Shown here: one piece after another, positions 58,356 through 64,000 of the stretch
Numbering within the stretch: position 1 is the first letter of the stretch
Layout of the letters: each line of letters opens with the position of its first letter
Assembly (NCBI GenBank): GCA_050012135.1
Contig: JBEKHT010000008.1
Location: 3,773 to 67,772, forward strand
Length of the DNA stretch: 64,000 nt
Source: Anaerolineales bacterium
GTDB taxonomy: Bacteria > Chloroflexota > Anaerolineae > Anaerolineales > RBG-16-64-43
Reading direction: 5' to 3'
Translations under genes and position numbers: made by a program
The notes under the pieces: model-generated
Databases searched by the model: none
What the model was told of the DNA's origin: nothing
What the model saw: the letters and a program-made list of their open reading frames with translations, nothing else

Positions 58356-60404
58356 ATGGCACTTGAGGCAGGCGCTCTTCTCAACGGGAGATATCGCATC
58401 GACCGAGTCCTCGGACAGGGAGGCATGGGCGCGGTCTACTCTGCCGTTGACGAGAATCTTGGCCTGCCGGTCGCCGTCAAAGAGAATCTCTTCACCACGG
58501 AAGAGTATGCCCGCCAATTCCGGCGGGAAGCGACCATCTTGGCTGGCCTGCGTCACCCCAACCTGCCGCGTGTCACGGATCACTTTGTGATTCCGGGACA
58601 GGGCCAGTATTTGGTGATGGACTACATTGACGGCGAGGATCTTCGCCACCGCCAGGAAGGGCGCGAACCCGTTCTTGAAAATGAGCTCCTGAGTTGGGCC
58701 CGGCAAATCTGCGAGGCCATTGGCTATCTCCATCATCAGCGACGGCCGATCCTGCACCGTGATATTAAGCCCAGCAACATTCGGTTGACCGCCGATGGGC
58801 GGGCCGTGCTGGTGGATTTCGGGCTGGCACGCGTGGAAGGAGCCACGGCCACGGCCGGGGCCAAGGGAATGTCCCCCGGCTTCGCACCGCCGGAGCAGTA
58901 CGGGAGCAATCGTGTTGATGTGCGGGCCGACATCTATTCTTTCGCGGCAACGCTCTATGCACTGCTGACCGGCGTGCCCCCGGAGGACGCCTTGGATCGG
59001 GCCATGGGCTGGGGCCAACTCACGCCAATCCTCACACGCAGACCCTCCGTTTCTCCGGGTCTGGCGAAAGTGGTGGAGAGGGGCCTCGAGGTCCAGGCCG
59101 ATGATCGTTACGCCTCGATTGACGACTTCTGCTCAGCGCTGGCCGAGGCCAGTACCAAGCCGGTCCCGGCCGTGGAGGGGGCGACCCGGATCGCCGGGGG
59201 CGCACCCACTTTGCCCAGACCACCGGTCGGGGCGGTTCCTCAGGCCAGACCTGGCCGTGGAGCCTGGGGTCTTTGGATCGGGTTGGGGGCCGCAGGCATC
59301 GTCGTGCTCGCTGGAGCGGCCCTGTGGGGGGCCCGCTACGTGTTCCCTTCTGCGCCTGGGGCAAGTTCTGGCACTCCTGGAGAGCCTGGGCAGAGCGCGG
59401 TGCCTGTGGAGACGAGCGCGTTGTTAGCTCCGGGGACCGCTGCGGCCCTCGAGGTGACCCCCTCGCCTCCCCTCCCAGCGACCCTTGGGGTTGTGCCGAG
59501 CGAGACCTCGCTCGTCTTGCAGCCCACCGCGATCGCGTCTGACACGCCGGGCGCTCAGCCGTCCCCGGTCGGCGGCGGAGATCTCGTTGCATTTGTTTCC
59601 GACCAGGCTGGAACCCCCCAGATCTTCCTGCTGGACCCGAGCACTCGAGTCGCGAAGCAGGTTACCAATTTGGACGAGGGAGCCTGCCAGCCGGACTGGT
59701 CGCCGGACGGGATGCGCTTGGCGTTCACCTCGCCCTGCCCGGGGAATCAATCGAGCTATGTCAATGCCTCCATCTGGGTGATGAACCGGGACGGGACGAA
59801 TGTGAACCCGATCTCAACGGCTCCTGGGGGGGACTATGATCCGGCGTGGTCTCCGGATGGGAAGCAGATAGCCTTCACCTCCTTGCAAAGAGGGCAGGCA
59901 CAGGTCTATGTGATGGATGCGACGGGTGGGAATCGAAAGCCGCTGAGCCCTCCGGGTGCCGTGGATGGTCAACCGCGCTGGTCGCCGGACGGTAGCCTGC
60001 TCGTGTTCATTTCGGTCTCCTCGGATCAGACCCCCACGGTCTTTGTGATGAACGCGGACGGCAGTAACCGCCAACAGTATTCGCGGGGGCCAGGCGCCTA
60101 TTCGAGTCCGGACTGGTCTCCCAACGGCCAATTGATACTTGCCGTGCGAGCGGCTCTCAACGGTCAAGTGGTGACCACTTTGTTTGGCGATCACGGTTTT
60201 AGCGAGAAGCAGATTCTGTTCGCCAGCGGGGCGGTAACACAGGCTCGCTTTTCTCCGGACAGCCGCTGGGTGCTTGCGGATGCCTTGGGACCCAGTGGAC
60301 ACCACAATCTCTTCATCGCTCGTGTCGTCGGCGGCGGCCTTGACGAACTGACGTTTGACCCCCACGTCGAATATGATGCCGCCTGGTGCCCGCTTCCCCA
60401 CTGA
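58356..60404 (+). CDS. Ser/Thr protein kinase with TM segment and C-terminal TolB-like (PD40/WD40-like) beta-propeller
   Basis: GQGGMGAVY, VAVK, HRDIKPSNI, DFGLA. TM segment: WGLWIGLGAAGIVVLAGAALW. Repeated P.WSPDG blocks follow. Confidence 0.85.
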   Translation: MALEAGALLNGRYRIDRVLGQGGMGAVYSAVDENLGLPVAVKENLFTTEEYARQFRREATILAGLRHPNLPRVTDHFVIPGQGQYLVMDYIDGEDLRHRQEGREPVLENELLSWARQICEAIGYLHHQRRPILHRDIKPSNIRLTADGRAVLVDFGLARVEGATATAGAKGMSPGFAPPEQYGSNRVDVRADIYSFAATLYALLTGVPPEDALDRAMGWGQLTPILTRRPSVSPGLAKVVERGLEVQADDRYASIDDFCSALAEASTKPVPAVEGATRIAGGAPTLPRPPVGAVPQARPGRGAWGLWIGLGAAGIVVLAGAALWGARYVFPSAPGASSGTPGEPGQSAVPVETSALLAPGTAAALEVTPSPPLPATLGVVPSETSLVLQPTAIASDTPGAQPSPVGGGDLVAFVSDQAGTPQIFLLDPSTRVAKQVTNLDEGACQPDWSPDGMRLAFTSPCPGNQSSYVNASIWVMNRDGTNVNPISTAPGGDYDPAWSPDGKQIAFTSLQRGQAQVYVMDATGGNRKPLSPPGAVDGQPRWSPDGSLLVFISVSSDQTPTVFVMNADGSNRQQYSRGPGAYSSPDWSPNGQLILAVRAALNGQVVTTLFGDHGFSEKQILFASGAVTQARFSPDSRWVLADALGPSGHHNLFIARVVGGGLDELTFDPHVEYDAAWCPLPH

Positions 60405-60433
60405 TCCGGCGGACACGGCCTCATCGAGCAGGA

Positions 60434-60991
60434 ATGCGCGTTATCTCCGGAACGGCCAAAGGGCGAAAACTGAAAGGGGTACCCGGCGGGTCGACCCGCC
60501 CCATCACCGATCGGGCAAAGGTCGCGCTATTTGACTTGTTGGGTGAGGAAGTCGCCGGGGCCCGCCTCTTGGATCTGTTTGCTGGCACAGGAGGAGTTGG
60601 AATCGAGGCTCTCAGCCGGGGCGCTCGCTTGGTGGTGTTCGTGGATCGCGACCCGCTTGCCATCCGGACCGTGCATCAAAACCTCGAACTGACGGGTTTG
60701 AGCGATCGGGCCCGGGTGATCCACTCAGATGCCTTCCGGTTCCTAGGCAGAAGGCCCGCGGAGAGATTTGAGATCATCTATGTTGCTCCCCCCCAGTACG
60801 AGGGGCTCTGGATTCGTTCGCTTGAGAAACTGGATCAATCGCCAGATTGGCTGAGCGGCGAGGGGCAGATCGTGGTTCAGATTGACCCGAGAGAGTACCG
60901 GCCGGTCCGTGCGGGGAATCTCCAAGAGAGGGAACAGCGCCGATATGGGAGTACTCTACTGTGCTTCTTTGATCGAGCCGGGGGCGACTAG
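60434..60991 (+). CDS. rsmD: 16S rRNA (guanine966-N2)-methyltransferase
   Basis: MRVISGTAKGRKLK...TRPITDRAKVALF, DLFAGTGGVGIEALSRGA, PPQY. Confidence 0.85.
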   Translation: MRVISGTAKGRKLKGVPGGSTRPITDRAKVALFDLLGEEVAGARLLDLFAGTGGVGIEALSRGARLVVFVDRDPLAIRTVHQNLELTGLSDRARVIHSDAFRFLGRRPAERFEIIYVAPPQYEGLWIRSLEKLDQSPDWLSGEGQIVVQIDPREYRPVRAGNLQEREQRRYGSTLLCFFDRAGGD

Positions 60992-61005
60992 AGCCGGTCG
61001 CGAGA

Positions 61006-61557
61006 TCATGGACTGAAACGGACTCGCAGCGTCTCGTGTTCATCGTAGTACGAGTGGGCATGAAACACGGGTGCATCGGGCTTCCAAGAAAAAACGCGCG
61101 GCAAGACCTCGTACAGGTCGGGAACGAGAGGGAGACTAGGTACCTCCCGAATAGCGACCCACTCGGCCGTTCCCTCGGGCGACGAATGGGCCCGAGGGCG
61201 GGATGGCAATTCAGCGCGAAAGACAGCGACCAGCACGCCTCGCTCGGGCTCGGCATCCACCGTGATAAGCCCGCACAAGTGCAAGTCCTCGGTTTCCAGA
61301 CCCGCCTCCTCTCGCAGCTCCCTGCGAGCGGCCTCGAGCAGGCTTTCCCCCCGTTCGAGGTGGCCTCCCACGCCGTTGTAGCGGCCTGGCCAGATCCGCT
61401 TGCCCGGGGCGCCTTGCAGGAGCAGGACTTGGTCGCGGCAGAACAAGAATACAAGCGTGCGCGGGATCAGCGCGTATCGCGCCTGCCCTCGCACGCCTTG
61501 TTCTTCTCGGCCCATGGCAGTTCGCTCGCCGAGCAGTCGTTCTTGGTCACAGGCCAT
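61006..61557 (-). CDS. NUDIX hydrolase
   Basis: Nudix box GVGGHLERGESLLEAARRELREEAGL. Its start abuts the stop of the upstream aldolase-family gene. Confidence 0.8.
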   Translation of the reverse strand: MACDQERLLGERTAMGREEQGVRGQARYALIPRTLVFLFCRDQVLLLQGAPGKRIWPGRYNGVGGHLERGESLLEAARRELREEAGLETEDLHLCGLITVDAEPERGVLVAVFRAELPSRPRAHSSPEGTAEWVAIREVPSLPLVPDLYEVLPRVFSWKPDAPVFHAHSYYDEHETLRVRFSP

Positions 61558-62985
61558 TCAATCGGCAAGATCGCCGGGGCCCGATGACCGTGCGGTCTCC
61601 CGCGCACCAAAATCCTGCGGGGAACGATGGAGAGCCGGGGCCTTGACGTTCCGGGCCACCGTGTCGGCCGTTCCGCCCACGCAGAGTTGATCGAAGAGAA
61701 ACCCGAATTGTTTCTCCCAGGCGTCACGGATTCTCAGGCGGCTCTCTTGAGGTAGGTTCCAGAGCCGCTCCTTAAAGGGGCCGATCGTCCTCTTGCGGGT
61801 CTTGTAAAGGAACTGTTCCTCCGTGTCCTGGGGCTTTCGCTCGTCCGCGCAGTTTTCCTTGGCCCACGCGTACATCTCAGCGGACAAGTCAGCGGGGAGA
61901 AGATCGAAGGCGATATTCTGGAAATTGGTCGCCAGGTGCACCTCGCAGGCTTCGTGCTCGACAAAACTCCGAAAGGCGCCTTCGGGGAGGGTGGAGGCGC
62001 CATGCTGCACGGCGCCGGCGAGGCCGAAGTCCTTGCGGGCCACCTGGGAGAGATGCTGCAGCGTCTTGAAATCGACAGCCACCTGGGCGATCGTCCCATC
62101 CGGCAGGACGACTCCTCCGTGGGAAGTGCCTGTTTGAATGCTGATCTTGCTGACCCCATGGGCCTCACTCGAGCGGCGATCGAGTTCAACCCCGAACAGC
62201 TCGAGGAAGGCCCGCAATTCTTCCTCGGTACTATTCCGGCCGCCGACCTCCCCGATTTCCCCACCGATTGAAACCTCGACTCCCTTGGGCTGCCTCTGAC
62301 GAATGAAGGCAGAGAACTCGGCACACAAGCTGGCGTTGACCTTCTGTTGCTCTCGGACTGTAGATCGGGTCAGATCCACGAGGGTCGAGGTGTCAATGTC
62401 AATGTTGTAGAAGCCAGCCGCGAGCGCTTCCACGATCAGGTCGCGGATGGCCTGAATCTCCACCTCAGGCGAGGTAGCATACTTCTTGGCTGAAACCTGA
62501 AAGTGGTCTCCTTGAATGAAGAGCGGGCCGCTCCACATCTCGGCCAGGGCCGCTGCCAAGACCGAGGCGGAATACTCGCCCGGACGCTGCTCGGTATAGC
62601 CAATCTCTGACCGCGCGATCTCAAAGACGATCGCCCCGGCGGCGCGGGACTTGGCGGCACGGAAGACGGCCCGAGCGGCATCGAAGGCCAGCATGCGCAG
62701 ATTCATCGCGGGCACGGTGAAAGTGGGTGGAATCTCGCCTCGACCGCGCGCCATGTAGAGGGAGTTGATCGAGGCAGGTACGATGCCCATCGCTTGGGCG
62801 GTTTCCCAGATCAGCCAGCGGGCCTCACTTTGCTCTGCGGGCGATCCTAAGGCCGAGAGTCTCGCCAACCCTTCCGCTTGATCCCGGACGCGTCCCTTAT
62901 CCTTCACGGCCAGATGGCCGGCGTCCATAGAGACGACATTGCCTTTCAAATGTCGATCAATGATCTCTTGTTCGAGTGCGCTCAT
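61558..62985 (-). CDS. Class II ketose-bisphosphate aldolase family protein (long form)
   Basis: FTVPAMN, FIQGDH, GGEIGEVGG, QTGTSHGG, AVQHGAS: the ordered class II FBA motif set. GAGAGGA RBS. Confidence 0.75.
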   Translation of the reverse strand: MSALEQEIIDRHLKGNVVSMDAGHLAVKDKGRVRDQAEGLARLSALGSPAEQSEARWLIWETAQAMGIVPASINSLYMARGRGEIPPTFTVPAMNLRMLAFDAARAVFRAAKSRAAGAIVFEIARSEIGYTEQRPGEYSASVLAAALAEMWSGPLFIQGDHFQVSAKKYATSPEVEIQAIRDLIVEALAAGFYNIDIDTSTLVDLTRSTVREQQKVNASLCAEFSAFIRQRQPKGVEVSIGGEIGEVGGRNSTEEELRAFLELFGVELDRRSSEAHGVSKISIQTGTSHGGVVLPDGTIAQVAVDFKTLQHLSQVARKDFGLAGAVQHGASTLPEGAFRSFVEHEACEVHLATNFQNIAFDLLPADLSAEMYAWAKENCADERKPQDTEEQFLYKTRKRTIGPFKERLWNLPQESRLRIRDAWEKQFGFLFDQLCVGGTADTVARNVKAPALHRSPQDFGARETARSSGPGDLAD

Positions 62986-63249
62986 CTTGTCCTCTCGCTC
63001 GAGCTTTGTCCCTGGAAAGGGCCGCGATCTTCAGTTCCGGGCCCATTGCATCATTATACCCTTGGGGAGTTGCTTCGGGCGGCGGCTTGTCACCTCCTCC
63101 CAGGGGTCAGGCGGAGGGGAGCAGCATTCTGCCCGGAGTCTCGGGGACCCGGTCCCGTTCTCCTAGCCTCTCGGCTAGATTCTCGCCGCCGGCCGACTTC
63201 GGGATGGCGGGAGACAAGGGCCGGGGGCCGGGGTGTGGAGATCTGGTTC

Positions 63250-63885
63250 TTACGCGGAGATCGGCTGCTGGCAATTGGGACATCGGTTCAGCGAGCGGGG
63301 GAGGACGAAGCCGCAGTGTGGACACGTCGTTGGCTGTGCGGAGCCAAGGGGAGCGCCGCAGGCCGGGCAGGAGGGCTCGCCTACGGGCGCGGCAATTCCG
63401 CAGTACTCGCACTTGACCCGCCTGAGTCTCTCGGAGAGGGCAGTCCCGGCTCCAATCGCTGCCGCCGTGGCCTCCACCAGAGCCCAAACCTCATCTCGAA
63501 GCTGCAGCGAGGAGATGTCCTGCGCAATTTCATCCAATCGCCCCGCAAGGGAAAAGGGATTGCGAAGGGCGGTGAGTGCTGTCAACCCAAAGCTGGCTGC
63601 CAGGCCCAGCCACTCCTGATTCCCAACCTGGACCAGGACGCCGTCTTCGGTCTTCTCAAGCAGAACCGAAAGAGCCGTTTGTCCACCGGAATGAGGTTGT
63701 TGACGTGTCGCGATTTGGACCACCACTTGGTCGCCTTGCCCCAGGACTTGCGCGCGCAGGTTGCCCTGGTCGAAGCGTGATACCAGCGCATTGGCAAGTA
63801 GGTCCAAGGTCAAGTCCCCGTGATACACACGCTTATCCACGGCCCAGCCTCGTTCCTCGAGATTGTGCGCGAGAGGTGCAGCCAT
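63250..63885 (-). CDS. Hypothetical protein with C-terminal double zinc-ribbon
   Basis: C-terminal CEYCG...CPACG...CPHCG...CPNCQ. The start is uncertain: ATG at 63885, or TTG at 63951 in the track. Confidence 0.5.
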   Translation of the reverse strand: MAAPLAHNLEERGWAVDKRVYHGDLTLDLLANALVSRFDQGNLRAQVLGQGDQVVVQIATRQQPHSGGQTALSVLLEKTEDGVLVQVGNQEWLGLAASFGLTALTALRNPFSLAGRLDEIAQDISSLQLRDEVWALVEATAAAIGAGTALSERLRRVKCEYCGIAAPVGEPSCPACGAPLGSAQPTTCPHCGFVLPRSLNRCPNCQQPISA

Positions 63886-64000
63886 CGGGCGACGCTGGCG
63901 GCTATTGTAGCTTGGACCCCAGAAAGCCGCGGGCTCCGCGAGCGAAGTCAACTGCCTGAAGAACCTTGCGCCCAGGGAGTTGAATCTGCAGAAGCAGGAG

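Overview
This is a GC-rich bacterial chromosomal window (roughly 60-65% GC by eye). It is densely coding, with about 50 genes and many ATGA/GTGA start-stop overlaps. Exported proteins carry Ala/Pro/Thr-rich linkers after the lipoprotein Cys. The overall style looks Chloroflexota-like, but that is a low-confidence guess. I found no rRNA, tRNA, CRISPR array, transposase, integrase or recognisable defence genes.

Most of the window is housekeeping: alaS-ruvX-mltG, folD, secDF, murA, gyrB, rsmD, glpD, mntR-mntH and two ABC importers.

Two linked accessory themes stand out.

(1) Positions 298-7847 hold an operon for a xanthine-dehydrogenase-family molybdenum hydroxylase. The FAD and [2Fe-2S] subunits are fused, and the Mo subunit is separate. 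Two tandem paralogous 2-TM mini-proteins of unknown family sit between the enzyme subunit genes. Downstream are the YqeB, YqeC and MocA accessory genes that mark 'selenium-dependent molybdenum hydroxylase' systems. YqeC is fused to MocA. A second MocA copy carries an in-frame TAA.

(2) Positions 22269-36132 hold a purine-type catabolic module. It contains an 8-oxoguanine-deaminase-like amidohydrolase, adenine deaminase and a frameshifted GntR/HutC regulator. These are followed by two divergent carbamoyltransferases in tandem, carbamate kinase, a BMP-family ABC importer and a ThrC-like PLP enzyme. The gene set is reminiscent of the E. coli ygeW-yqeA-yqeBC-ssnA neighbourhood.

The best candidate for something undescribed is the pair of conserved membrane mini-proteins embedded in the hydroxylase operon, together with the unassigned transcarbamylase pair.

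All family calls rest on motif recognition by eye and on recalled reference sequences. No database search was possible.
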